Source of the DNA: an uncultured Desulfobacteraceae bacterium
GTDB taxonomy: Bacteria; Desulfobacterota; DSM-4660; Desulfatiglandales; HGW-15
Reading direction: 5' to 3'
NCBI GenBank assembly: GCA_964520425.1
Contig: CAZFMX010000005.1
Span: 1,416 to 65,415 of the forward strand
Length of the DNA stretch: 64,000 nucleotides
Shown: piece after piece, positions 9,686 to 19,845 of the stretch
How positions within the stretch are numbered: the first letter of the stretch is position 1
Layout: each line of letters begins with the position of its first letter
Notes under the pieces: generated by a model
Told to the model about the DNA's origin: nothing
The model's input: the letters and a program-made list of their open reading frames with translations, nothing else
The model's database searches: none
Translations under genes and position numbers: made by a program

Positions 9686-11302
9686 ATGACACAACAAGTG
9701 AAGATGGCCCCGGAAGATCTCAATATGATCCTCGAAACCATATCCAAACTGGAAAGGGATCGGCTCTCATTGGAGACCAAGCTAGAGATGGATAAGGCCG
9801 GGGATTTCCCCATAGAACTCATTCGTTTCATGTTAGGCCCCGAGATGGCCCTTCATCTGGTCTTTGTTCCCGAGGAGTATGGAGGCCTCGGCGCCGGGGC
9901 GACTGAAATCGCCATTGTATCGGAGAGAATGGCTAGGATGGATTTGGCCATCGCCACATCTTTTCTGGCAATCTGCCTGGGTATGGACCCTATAAGGGTA
10001 GGAGCTACTGAAGAACAGAAAAAGAAGTATATAGGTAGGATCGCCGAGGAAGGTCTCATCGTTGCCTACGGTGTGACCGAACCCGATGCAGGATCAAATG
10101 TCCAAGCCCTCAAAACTAGGGCTGAACGGGTACTGGACGAGGAAGGGAACATCAAAGGTTACAAGATCAACGGCCAGAAACAATTCATCAGCAATGGCGG
10201 CGTGGCAGACATCTATACGATCCTTGCCGATACACCCGAGGGTCCTTCCTTTTTTGCTGTAGAGGGGGGAACTAAAGGCTTGGTCCCCGGAAAGCATGAA
10301 GACAAACATGGCATTAGGGCCTCTGACACATGTCCTTTGGTCTTGGAAGACCTCTACGTGCCGGCTGAGAACTTGATTGGGGGCGTAGAAGGACAGGGTT
10401 TAAAACAGGCAAACGAAGTATTCGGCTACACAAGACTCATGGTGGCCGCATTTGGTCTGGGAGGCGGTATGGTTTCCCTGGAAAGGGCCATCAAATACTC
10501 CAAAGAAAGGTTTCAGTTCGGGACGCCGCTTTCCGAGAAGCAAGGATATACCCACAAACTCTTGGTTCCGCATGCCGTCCAATTGGAGGCCGCACGGGCC
10601 TTTATCGAAGAAACCGCCAGAAGACTCGATACGGTTGAGGATGATCTACAGGTGGAAGGGTCTATCGCCAAATATTTTGCCACAGAGGCGGGGGATGCTA
10701 TGGCCAATGATGGCATTCAGGCCTTTGGCGGATACGGTTACACGCGGGAATACGAAGTGGAGAAGATCAAACGTGACGTCAAGGTGCTTACTATCTATGA
10801 AGGTACTAGCGAGATCCAGAAGAATATCATCTCTGTGTTTCGCCTTAGGGAGACGGTTCGGTCAAAGGGTCGGTACTATCTGGATATAGCCGACGCACTG
10901 GAAAAACTCCCGGAGGACTGCGGAGCAAGGGCTCTGTCCATAGCGTTGAGAATTCTCAACCAGGTGGTTTTGAGCGTTAGAGCAGCCAAATTAACCAAAT
11001 CCCAGCATGTCATGTTTCTGTTGGCCGACATGATGGTCTGGTGTGAGGTAGGGAAAGCCCTTTGCGAGAAAGCCGTCGATCATGACGGAACGGGAAAAAC
11101 ACTGGAATATATGAAGGCAGCTGCCCGGCTTTTTGCAAGAGATGTGTCGGAAAAGGTCTATGTCAACGGGCTCAAGATCGCGTGTGGGTGCGACAAAGAT
11201 ATGTCCTACGTCCTGGAGAGCCTCAACGCTATGAATCTTGGCGAAGTCATGAGGGCCTGTCTCAGTGATATGGATTTGATCGCCGAGGAGTTGGTCAAAT
11301 GA
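9686..11302 (+). CDS. acyl-CoA dehydrogenase (long form with C-terminal extension)
   Basis: YGVTEPDAGSNV, QKQFISNGG and YEGTSEIQ motifs. RBS AAGGGAGG lies upstream of the ATG. Confidence 0.9.
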   Translation: MTQQVKMAPEDLNMILETISKLERDRLSLETKLEMDKAGDFPIELIRFMLGPEMALHLVFVPEEYGGLGAGATEIAIVSERMARMDLAIATSFLAICLGMDPIRVGATEEQKKKYIGRIAEEGLIVAYGVTEPDAGSNVQALKTRAERVLDEEGNIKGYKINGQKQFISNGGVADIYTILADTPEGPSFFAVEGGTKGLVPGKHEDKHGIRASDTCPLVLEDLYVPAENLIGGVEGQGLKQANEVFGYTRLMVAAFGLGGGMVSLERAIKYSKERFQFGTPLSEKQGYTHKLLVPHAVQLEAARAFIEETARRLDTVEDDLQVEGSIAKYFATEAGDAMANDGIQAFGGYGYTREYEVEKIKRDVKVLTIYEGTSEIQKNIISVFRLRETVRSKGRYYLDIADALEKLPEDCGARALSIALRILNQVVLSVRAAKLTKSQHVMFLLADMMVWCEVGKALCEKAVDHDGTGKTLEYMKAAARLFARDVSEKVYVNGLKIACGCDKDMSYVLESLNAMNLGEVMRACLSDMDLIAEELVK

Positions 11303-11377
11303 TACCCGTAAGGTTTCTCCCTTAGAGAGGAAGATCTCAGGAAGTTCCCTCCAAAAGGGGCATTAAGAGAAGAAAGA

Positions 11378-11571
11378 GGGACCTTTGAAAAATATTCAAT
11401 TCTGTTCAAGGTCAAGGAAGGCGAGAATTCTAACCCTCCCGATTTTCATCGGGACAGCCAGGAATACCTGTAGTATTTCGCGAATTAGAATTTGAGTCTG
11501 ACACCGCTTGTCCCGCCATAGCCTTTGGCGACGGCGGAAGATTGGGCAAAAGGGGTGTTTTTCAAAGGTCT
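11378..11571 (+). repeat. family-B MITE-like repeat (longest copy)
   Basis: Termini GGGACCTTTGAAAAAT ... GTTTTTCAAAGGTCTC. Core ...TTCAAGGTCAAGGAAGGCGA.AAT.CTAACCCTCCCGATTTTCATCGGGACAGCCAGGAATACC. Confidence 0.75.
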
Positions 11572-11694
11572 CAAAGACTCAATGGCTGAAAGTCTCCGCA
11601 TGTTCACGATTAGTACCTGCATGCATCGGCAATCGAGAAAAGCTGCAGTGCTGGGAGGTTTTGGACGGTCAATCATGTATGAGCTTTCGAGGTC

Positions 11695-14400
11695 ATGGTA
11701 AATCAGGGGAAGTACCAGCGGCGATCAGGAAAAGCATGGTCTAGGCGCGGACCTGGCCACACACTGGAAGAACCTTACATATCCCCAAGAGCAGACCCCC
11801 ATCTCAAGCCTCTCTTTAAAAAGATCGGTGTTCCAAAACCCACCCCCTTTGAACCAGATCCTTTTCAAGTGGAAGCCCTTGAACAGATTAAGACCTCTGA
11901 TGTCCTGGTCAGCGCACCTACGGGCTCCGGGAAGACATGGATTGCCTCTCAGGCCATCGGACAATATCTCTCCAAAGGATTGAGAGCCTGGTATGCCTCA
12001 CCGCTCAAGGCCCTGTCCAATTCCATCTATCAGGAATTGAGCAGGGAATTTGGGTCCGAGTCATGTGGAATCCTGACAGGGGATCGAAAAGAAAATGCCA
12101 GCGCGCCGATCATCGTAGGAACCACGGAAATTTTACGTAACCAGCTCTATGATGCGATGCAGACGGGGAAAACCATCCGGTCCGACCTGGTGATATTGGA
12201 TGAGGCGCACTATCTCAGTGATCCGGATCGAGGAGTGGTCTGGGAAGAGGTGCTCATCTATCTGCCCCCCCGAGTAAGGCTCTTGCTTCTCTCGGCGACC
12301 GTATCTAATGCCGAAGAGATCTCAGCATGGCTGGAGGAGAATCGCAGAACCCAGACCCGAATTGTGTGCTCTGACGATCGGCCTGTGCCATTGGAAATGC
12401 TTTTCCTTTTCCCGGATGGATTCATCTCTCCCCTTGGCGGGAAAAGAGGACTTGCCCCCAGGGTCAAAAAGTATATCTCCTCCCGAGAAGGAAAGAGAAG
12501 AGGATTAAAAAAAATCCAATTTGGGGAGATCATCCACTGTCTGAGGGCATTTGATCTCCTTCCGGCCATCTTCTTTCTCAAATCAAGAAAAGATTGCAAT
12601 CATGCCCTCTTGACCTGTCCATCCGTGGAAAGACCTTCTGAACTCAGAGAGCGGGCTGAACGGGAAGTCAAGGAGTTTATGCAGGAGTACCCTCACCTGA
12701 AGGGACATCCTCAACTCAGTCGGTTATCGGACGCCGCAGTGGGCTCCCATCATGCGGGCCAGCTTCCCTACTGGAAGATGCTCATTGAGAGGATGATGAA
12801 TAAAGGGTATTTGGAAGTCATCTTCTCCACATCCACGGTGGCGGCGGGCGTGAATTTTCCTGCAAGGACCGTGGTTTTAGTCCAGAGTGACCGTTATGAC
12901 GGGCATGAATTCACCAACCTCACGGCAACAGACCTTCACCAGATGGTCGGTCGAGCCGGACGAAGGGGAAAGGACAACATCGGATTTGCCCTCATCGTGC
13001 CCGGTCTTCACCAGGACCCTGAGCTAATATATGAACTAAGGGACTCTCCTCCAGAGCCTCTTATGAGTCAGATCCACATCAATTTCTCCATGACCCTGAA
13101 CCTGCTCCTTTCGCATACACCCATGGAGGTGAAGGATCTGCTGGACCATTCATTTGCCGCGTTCCAAGAAAAAAAGGCAGGTTCCCCAGTGCAGAGGCAA
13201 TGGGAGGAGATGCTTAGGGTTTTAAACAAAGCACTCCCTCAAGGTCTGTGCGATACGGGTGATCCCTACGAGATTCTGGAGAACATCGATAAAAGACTGG
13301 AGACAAATAGAGAAAAGAAGGTGATGAAAAGAGAGATACGGAATGAAAGGCGATTGAGAACATACACCCCGTTCCTGCGACCCGGGCGATTGTTTCTTCA
13401 TAAGAATAAAGGGATCTATGTCATCTTTCATACCTACAAGGATGAAGGAAGACTGATCTGTGCGGCTCACAATATTCACGAGACCGTTCGAGCCAGGAAA
13501 CGCAAAATCCGGTTGAGAAAAGTCCCTTTCGATAAGATCCGAGCCCTCTACGATTATCGGGTCGATTTGCCGGAGGGCTATTCTTTAGAGAGATTGCAGA
13601 CACTTTTCGATGCCATCAGCAGGGATGACCTGGAGTTGTTGCGTGTCGATTCCTCCGAAGAAGCAGTCGGAGAAGGAGATCTGGATCTCATCCAGAAAAG
13701 ACTGAGTGAACTCCCATGTGAGACATGTGAACACCTCAATGAGTGCCACACGGCAAAGAACAAGAAACTGAAACGGATCTTAAAAGAATTTCGGTCACTT
13801 GCCTATAAGATGGGGGGGGACAAAGGCGGGTTGTGGGCCAGCTTCAAAAGACACCTCAGATTTCTCAAAGAGATGGGTTTTGTGGATGAAACGGATCAAT
13901 TGACGCCTGACGGAGACTGGGCATCTAAATTGAGACTGGACCAGCCCCTTCTTATTGCCGAGGCCATCAGAAGAAAGGCTCTGAGCGGCATTTCTCCTGA
14001 GGTCATGGCAGGGTGCATGGCGCCTTTTGTCTGGGATCGGGTCCAGGAAGTGGAGCTTCTGACCCAAAGTCCCATGGACCTGAAGAATTGCGAAGATGCC
14101 TTTAGCAACGTGATCGAATCGATCCAAGAGATCAGAACGCTGAAAGCAAAGCGGGGATTTGAAAACCCTCCGATCCTCTTTTGGCCCGCGGCAGCCCTGT
14201 TTTTATGGGCCAAAGGAGTGCCGTGGGAAAGGCTTTTATCCTATATTCCTGTAGACGAAGGGGATATGGCCTCTCTGATTCTAAGGACGGCAGACCACTT
14301 GCGGCAGGCGACAAACCTAAAGAAATCCCACCCCGAACTCGTCTCAGTAGCCCACACGGCCATAGAGCATATCCTGCGTGAACCTGTCCTTATCTCCTAG
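11695..14400 (+). CDS. Ski2-like superfamily-2 DEAD/DEAH-box helicase
   Basis: SAPTGSGKT (Walker A), LDEAHY (motif II), SAT, HHAGQLP, and a long C-terminal domain. Confidence 0.85.
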   Translation: MVNQGKYQRRSGKAWSRRGPGHTLEEPYISPRADPHLKPLFKKIGVPKPTPFEPDPFQVEALEQIKTSDVLVSAPTGSGKTWIASQAIGQYLSKGLRAWYASPLKALSNSIYQELSREFGSESCGILTGDRKENASAPIIVGTTEILRNQLYDAMQTGKTIRSDLVILDEAHYLSDPDRGVVWEEVLIYLPPRVRLLLLSATVSNAEEISAWLEENRRTQTRIVCSDDRPVPLEMLFLFPDGFISPLGGKRGLAPRVKKYISSREGKRRGLKKIQFGEIIHCLRAFDLLPAIFFLKSRKDCNHALLTCPSVERPSELRERAEREVKEFMQEYPHLKGHPQLSRLSDAAVGSHHAGQLPYWKMLIERMMNKGYLEVIFSTSTVAAGVNFPARTVVLVQSDRYDGHEFTNLTATDLHQMVGRAGRRGKDNIGFALIVPGLHQDPELIYELRDSPPEPLMSQIHINFSMTLNLLLSHTPMEVKDLLDHSFAAFQEKKAGSPVQRQWEEMLRVLNKALPQGLCDTGDPYEILENIDKRLETNREKKVMKREIRNERRLRTYTPFLRPGRLFLHKNKGIYVIFHTYKDEGRLICAAHNIHETVRARKRKIRLRKVPFDKIRALYDYRVDLPEGYSLERLQTLFDAISRDDLELLRVDSSEEAVGEGDLDLIQKRLSELPCETCEHLNECHTAKNKKLKRILKEFRSLAYKMGGDKGGLWASFKRHLRFLKEMGFVDETDQLTPDGDWASKLRLDQPLLIAEAIRRKALSGISPEVMAGCMAPFVWDRVQEVELLTQSPMDLKNCEDAFSNVIESIQEIRTLKAKRGFENPPILFWPAAALFLWAKGVPWERLLSYIPVDEGDMASLILRTADHLRQATNLKKSHPELVSVAHTAIEHILREPVLIS

Positions 14401-14506
14401 TGTCGTGTCCCAAAAGAAACTTACATAAAAGAGTGCCTGAAAACAGATCCATAAAGATGTCACAGAATATGTTCATGATAATGTAAGTGATTTCTGGGAC
14501 ACGACA
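14397..14506. repeat. family-A MITE-like repeat, minimal form
   Basis: CTAG+TGTCGTGTCCCAAAAGAAACTTACAT ... ATGTAAGTGATTTCTGGGACACGACA. Fills the gap between two convergent genes. Its CTAG provides the helicase stop codon. Confidence 0.8.
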
Positions 14507-14583
14507 TGAGTCCCTCGTTTCGGAAATTCTGCAGCCAGTTGAAGTCAAGAGTATTAATCAGGGTCTTATATTCAGCTTCATTT

Positions 14584-16599
14584 TTACCTTTTCCTATTTC
14601 CAGTAGCATCCGGCTGGACGCGATCTATAATGGTTATGGGTTCAGCAGGAATCTCGTCACAGCCACCTTTACCATTCTGCTCTATATAATGATGATGTAC
14701 AAGCATGGTTGAAAGGATGGCTGTTATGCGCATATTGTCAGTGTTACTCATCTTGAGTCCTTTTACCTTTCGGCATTTGGATACAAGTCCTGAGGCCTGT
14801 TTGGGTAAAAAGATGTTCGCTTTCTTCAATTTGGCTTCACTTGTTAGATCATCCACCCAGTCTATACTATTTCCATGAAAAAAGCTTGCCGCATCCGGTG
14901 CCCTGTAAGGCTTTTTGGGACGATTTAATATGGGATCAGGGATGATATCCTTAAAGGCGATTTTTAAAAGATGCTTTTCATCAAGGCCGAGAAGTTTATG
15001 TCTTGGAGGAAGCTGGTTGGCAAAGTCAACGAGTTCACAGTCAAGAAAGGGGAATCGACCTTCCACTGAATTGGCCATCAACATCCTGTCCCCCTGAGCC
15101 GAGAGAATGTATCCTGATAGCAATGAGATCATCTCCAGCCACTGGGCTCTGCATAAAGGATCCCACATTTCATGAGCATCCGGCATTAGGGATATTATGT
15201 CCTTTTCCACGTTCTTCTTTTCTATTTCCGCGTGTAGATCCGGATTGAGCATGAGTTTGATTGATGATGTCGTATCCCATCGTGGGCGGTGTGAAAGCGC
15301 TGGGTCCGCAGGATTAAGACTTTTCCCGAAAAAGGCCCGGGCAAATGCCGGGGCCTTGCCAGGAGATCGAGCCATCCATGGGTAAAGCCGTAATATGATA
15401 TTTGCCCTTTTTGCAGACTGGAGATTTCTGGCAAGGAATAGACGAACCCTGGCCTCGCGGAAAATATCGTATCCTGCGAGCACTTCATCCGCTCCTTCTC
15501 CTGTGACCACAACCTTGTATCCAGATTCACGCACGAGCTTTGAAAGAAGGAACAATGGGGCCGGTGCTGTTCGCAGGATCGGACGTTCCGTATGCCATAT
15601 CACATGGGGAAATACTTCTCCGATATCTTCCTGTGAGATACGGACATCCCTGTGTTCAGCGCCAAGCCTGTTAACCATCTCCCTTTGATAATTCCCTTCA
15701 TCAAATTCAGGATCAGCGAAACGTATGGAAAAGGTTCTTAGAGGAGCTTGGGTGTATTTCGCGACAATGGAAGATGTGATTGATGAATCAATCCCGCCGG
15801 ACAGATAGGCCCCAACAGGTACATCGCTTCTCGTGAAACGCAACTGGGAGGCTTGTATTAAATACTTCCCTAGACGGTCAGCATTCTCCTGCTCATTCAA
15901 TCCTTCTGCATCATTCGACAAGGGAAAGCGAATGGACCAATAGGGCTCAGACCTTAAGCTTCCATTGGTCAGTATCGCAAAGTGACCAGGCTTCAGTTCC
16001 TCTATGCATTTAAAGGCTGTTCTCGGGGCTATGGGACTCCAGAAAGTAAAGATCTCTGAGAGACCCGCGGGATCAAACTCCCGTTTGACGTCTCTGCAGG
16101 CAAATAGAGATTTGACCTCTGAGGCGAACAGGAGTTTATTTTCACATTGCGTATAGTAGAGGGGCCGAATTCCGAGACGGTCACGGGAGAGGATTACGCT
16201 GTTTCTTGCTTTGTCCCATAGGGCAATCGCCCATTGGCCGTTAAATCGCTCAAAACATGAAGTCCCCCATTCTTCATAGGCATGTACGATGACCTCAGTA
16301 TCACTTTTTGTCTTGAATTGATGTCCCAACCCATGCAATTCTGTAGCGAGTTCAAGATAGTTGAATATCTCACCATTAAAAGTAATCCAGATGGTTTCAT
16401 CTTCATTAGACAAAGGCTGGGCACCAGTCTCAAGGTCTATTATGGCAAGACGCGTGTGTCCCAGCGCGACCTGAGGATCACGATAATAACCGCTGGAGTC
16501 AGGCCCGCGGTGTTTAAGTCTTCCCATCATTCGAATAAGGAGGTCCGAATCAGGTGGAGGACTGTCGCCGATATTGACTATTCCACAGATTCCACACAT
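14584..16599 (-). CDS. asnB: asparagine synthase (glutamine-hydrolysing) family amidotransferase, long (671 aa) form
   Basis: Starts MCGICGI (Ntn Cys2). SGGIDSS PP-loop. Confidence 0.9.
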   Translation of the reverse strand: MCGICGIVNIGDSPPPDSDLLIRMMGRLKHRGPDSSGYYRDPQVALGHTRLAIIDLETGAQPLSNEDETIWITFNGEIFNYLELATELHGLGHQFKTKSDTEVIVHAYEEWGTSCFERFNGQWAIALWDKARNSVILSRDRLGIRPLYYTQCENKLLFASEVKSLFACRDVKREFDPAGLSEIFTFWSPIAPRTAFKCIEELKPGHFAILTNGSLRSEPYWSIRFPLSNDAEGLNEQENADRLGKYLIQASQLRFTRSDVPVGAYLSGGIDSSITSSIVAKYTQAPLRTFSIRFADPEFDEGNYQREMVNRLGAEHRDVRISQEDIGEVFPHVIWHTERPILRTAPAPLFLLSKLVRESGYKVVVTGEGADEVLAGYDIFREARVRLFLARNLQSAKRANIILRLYPWMARSPGKAPAFARAFFGKSLNPADPALSHRPRWDTTSSIKLMLNPDLHAEIEKKNVEKDIISLMPDAHEMWDPLCRAQWLEMISLLSGYILSAQGDRMLMANSVEGRFPFLDCELVDFANQLPPRHKLLGLDEKHLLKIAFKDIIPDPILNRPKKPYRAPDAASFFHGNSIDWVDDLTSEAKLKKANIFLPKQASGLVSKCRKVKGLKMSNTDNMRITAILSTMLVHHHYIEQNGKGGCDEIPAEPITIIDRVQPDATGNRKR

Positions 16600-16601
16600 A
16601 C

Positions 16602-16856
16602 TTACTCCATGTTCAACTTTTTGAGCACGAACTTTTCAGTCTTCTCGTGTGTTCCAAGGTTATACTCAGAGATCTCTTCATCTGTCAGGACAAATCCAAA
16701 GATCTCTTCAACAAAAAGGGCTACCTCCAAAAGCGCTGCTTCGTCTTTTCCCGCGTCTTTTCTTATTCCGGCAAACTCTTTGATAATTCTTTTTACTTCA
16801 TGTGCATTCATTATGTTATCTTTGCTTCTCTCCTCTGAGGTATATTCTTGGGACAC
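16602..16856 (-). CDS. small ACP-fold-like protein lacking the conserved Ser
   Basis: 84 aa. ...GKDEAALLEVALFVEEIFGFVLTDEEI resembles carrier-protein helices II-III, but DEA replaces DS(L/M). The stop lies 2 nt before the asnB start. Confidence 0.4.
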   Translation of the reverse strand: MSQEYTSEERSKDNIMNAHEVKRIIKEFAGIRKDAGKDEAALLEVALFVEEIFGFVLTDEEISEYNLGTHEKTEKFVLKKLNME

Positions 16857-17097
16857 AATTCGGTGACTTTTTGGAATGAAAGTCTACGACAGTGTATTAG
16901 TTTTCGATTACAGGTGTCAATCCCAAGGTTTCAGATGTCAAGGATTTACAGATCTTGGTCCCCGAATAATCCCCCGCTAGGAATTCATTTGAAATCCTCT
17001 TTGATCTTTTTCTAAGTCTCATCAATATAAATGAAATCATGAATTCTGGTTCGCAAGAAAAAACGCATGACTGTTCCATCGCGCCATGTACAAATGT

Positions 17098-17127
17098 TTG
17101 AGGAAAATTCAATATTAGTGTTATAAT
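17098..17127 (+). promoter_or_regulatory. candidate sigma70-type promoter for the sugar dehydrogenase gene
   Basis: TTGAGG (17098-17103), 18-nt spacer, TATAAT (17122-17127). RBS AAAGGAGA lies before ATG 17153. Confidence 0.45.
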
Positions 17128-17152
17128 GGAATGCATTTGAAAGGAGAATCAT

Positions 17153-18787
17153 ATGGAATATTCAATCAGTCCCGCAGGCGAAAAGTTCAAACTACCGGAT
17201 GATGAAGAATACAGGAAAGAGATCCTCAAACTAGAAAAACTTGTCGAGGAGCAGAGGAAGGCCGGTAAAGAGATCGTTGTTGTGATGGGTCTAGGATTCG
17301 TCGGTGCGGTAATGGCTGGCGTTGTGGCAGATTCGGTGGATAAGTCCACCGGGAAACCTGGAAAATATGTTATCGGCATGCAGCGTCCCAGTAATCGCAG
17401 TTACTGGAAGATCCCTCTGTTTAACCGCGGGATTTCTCCTGTAAAAGCAGAAGACCCTGAGGTCGCTCCTATGATCGAGCGCTGTGTGAAAGAGAAAAAG
17501 AGTATGAGTGCTACTTTTACCTATGATGCTCTTAAACTGGCCGATGTATTGGTCGTGGATGTCCAATGCGATTTTCTTAAACAGGATTTGGGAAACCTTA
17601 GGACAGGTCATGCTGAAATCAGCGCATTGGAAGATAGTTTCAAGATAATCGGAGAGAAGATCGATCCCAAGTGCCTGGTTTTGATTGAAACGACTGTCCC
17701 ACCAGGTACGACTGAATACATAGCCTACCCCCATATCAAAAAGGCATTTCAAAAGAGGGGTATCAAAGAAGAACCGTTACTCGCGCATAGCTATGAAAGA
17801 GTAATGCCGGGTAAAGAGTATGTCAGATCGGTTCGAGACTTCTGGCGTGTCTGTAGTGGTATTAATGATGAGAGCAGGAAAAGGGTAACCAAGTTCCTTT
17901 CAGAAGTCTTAAACGTGGAGGAATATCCTCTTACGGTCCTCGACAAACCGGTTGAAAGCGAGACATGTAAGATTGTCGAAAACAGCTACCGGGCCACAAT
18001 CCTTGCCTTCTTACATGAGTGGAGTCTATTTGCTGAAACCAACGGTGTAGACCTCCTCAAGGTCATTCAGGCCATCAAGGTTAGGCCCACACATGACAAT
18101 ATTATCTTTCCCGGTCCGGGCATAGGTGGATACTGCCTGCCAAAGGACGGCGGACTAGGACTCTGGGCTTATAAACACCTGATGGGCTTTGAGAATGATA
18201 TCTTCAAGATAACTCCAGAGGCTATCAATATCAATGATACACGGGGTCTTCATGTAGCGCAACTTATTAGAGATGCTCTCAGGAATATGGGGCAGATGGT
18301 CGCTGCATCCCAGATCACAATACTTGGAGTCTCGTACCGTGAAGATGTTGGTGATACCCGTTACAGCGGCTCGGAAGTCATTATTCGTAAGCTGACCGAG
18401 ATGGGTGCTGAAGTAAAGGCCCACGATCCCTATGTAGAGCACTGGTGGGAGCTTGAAAGCCAGGAGACTTACCCTGCAATAGGAACCAGTTGGTCACGCT
18501 TTTTTCGTAATCAGGGGCATTTGAGCGAGTTCAAGATGTCAAAAGACCTGAAGGAGGCATTAGAGGGTTGCGATGCCGTTGTCATGGCAGTGCGACATGC
18601 ACCATACTTGGATCTGGACCCTAATGAAGTCGTAAAAATGGCGGGAGGTCCCATAGCCATCGTCGACTGTTTTGGAATTCTCGATGATGCCAAAATCGAG
18701 AGGTATTTCGAGCTGGGGTGCGAAGTCAAAGGCCTAGGTCGTGGGCACATCAATAGGATTAAGGGAAAAGTGAGGGAGAGGAGATAG
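17153..18787 (+). CDS. nucleotide-sugar dehydrogenase (UDP-glucose/GDP-mannose dehydrogenase family) with N-terminal extension
   Basis: VVVMGLGFVGAVMA (Rossmann fold), GGYCLPKD catalytic motif, C-terminal UDP-binding domain. Confidence 0.85.
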   Translation: MEYSISPAGEKFKLPDDEEYRKEILKLEKLVEEQRKAGKEIVVVMGLGFVGAVMAGVVADSVDKSTGKPGKYVIGMQRPSNRSYWKIPLFNRGISPVKAEDPEVAPMIERCVKEKKSMSATFTYDALKLADVLVVDVQCDFLKQDLGNLRTGHAEISALEDSFKIIGEKIDPKCLVLIETTVPPGTTEYIAYPHIKKAFQKRGIKEEPLLAHSYERVMPGKEYVRSVRDFWRVCSGINDESRKRVTKFLSEVLNVEEYPLTVLDKPVESETCKIVENSYRATILAFLHEWSLFAETNGVDLLKVIQAIKVRPTHDNIIFPGPGIGGYCLPKDGGLGLWAYKHLMGFENDIFKITPEAININDTRGLHVAQLIRDALRNMGQMVAASQITILGVSYREDVGDTRYSGSEVIIRKLTEMGAEVKAHDPYVEHWWELESQETYPAIGTSWSRFFRNQGHLSEFKMSKDLKEALEGCDAVVMAVRHAPYLDLDPNEVVKMAGGPIAIVDCFGILDDAKIERYFELGCEVKGLGRGHINRIKGKVRERR

Positions 18788-18850
18788 GAAGTGAGTGGAC
18801 TCTATCCGGATTTTGATGTCGTTAGGTCCATGGATGGTTCTCCCAGCTAT

Positions 18851-19525
18851 TCACAGCTCATTGAACAAGAATCTCGGAAGCCAGAGAAAAATTTTATAGA
18901 AGAAATCAACCGGCCCTAAAACAAGATTGGACAATCCTCCTGATACGAGGAGGACGATCAGGATGATCATTCCGTAACGTTCAAGCCGAAGGTAGAGATT
19001 ATAGTATTTTGTCGGAAGGAATCTCATAACGACTTTGCTGCCGTCCAAAGGAGGGATAGGGATGAGATTCAGAAAAGCAAGAAACAAGTTCAGGTAGATA
19101 ACCGCTTTAGCCAGTTCAGAAAGAAGAACATAGACAACTACAAGGGATGAGGGCACAAACTTATTCACTAGGACCACAACAAATGAGAAAATAAGGGCGA
19201 GGGTGAGATTCGACCCGGGGCCTGCCAACGCGACCCACATGGTTCCCTTTCTTATGTCAATATGTTGGTGAAAATTGTGAGGATTAAAAGGGACAGGCTT
19301 AGCCCAACCAAAAACAGGTTTTCTGAGAAAAAGCATCACAAGCGGCAAAATGACTGTCCCCATTATATCGATGTGGGGAATGGGGTTAAGAGTGAGTCTT
19401 CCCATGTCCTTGGCTGTAGTGTCCCCGAGCCTGTAAGCCATCCATCCGTGTGCTACTTCATGAAGGACGATTGAAAAGACAATGGGCACCACCCAGATGA
19501 TTCTCAATATGAGATCATTATTCAT
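18851..19525 (-). CDS. site-2 protease (M50-like) family membrane metalloprotease
   Basis: HEVAHGWMAYRLGD, multiple TM helices, ...NLIPIPPLDGS. Start placed at ATG 19525 (GGAAGGAG upstream). Confidence 0.8.
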   Translation of the reverse strand: MNNDLILRIIWVVPIVFSIVLHEVAHGWMAYRLGDTTAKDMGRLTLNPIPHIDIMGTVILPLVMLFLRKPVFGWAKPVPFNPHNFHQHIDIRKGTMWVALAGPGSNLTLALIFSFVVVLVNKFVPSSLVVVYVLLSELAKAVIYLNLFLAFLNLIPIPPLDGSKVVMRFLPTKYYNLYLRLERYGMIILIVLLVSGGLSNLVLGPVDFFYKIFLWLPRFLFNEL

Positions 19526-19845
19526 TCCTGTCTGTTCTCCTTCCTGGATTACAAGACGTAAGCTCCGGTACTGCATCTTCAATGGGCTGATCGATCGGCA
19601 TTACGGAAATAGACACCGTATACTCATTTCCTGATTGATAATTCGGAGGACTTTTGTATAGTAGCAAAAGAGCCTTTTTTTCACAAGTAACTGTGGGTTG
19701 TCCCGTCTTTAGATTTCGGAAATTTATGAACTTCACCCTTACACCTATAACTGATTGGACCGATCTAGATTATATGAAACGGGCTGCTCCAGGGTGTGAT
19801 ACAACACACCCTAAAGAAAGAAACTCATTTAAGGAGGAGCAGCCC

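Noticed and set aside
19654-19845. The N-terminal 64-codon extension of the transposase ORF in the ORF track.
   Set aside because: It crosses the IS left boundary and IR. A strong RBS (AAGGAGGAG) precedes ATG 19846, which gives the canonical MKKIVYVGID start.
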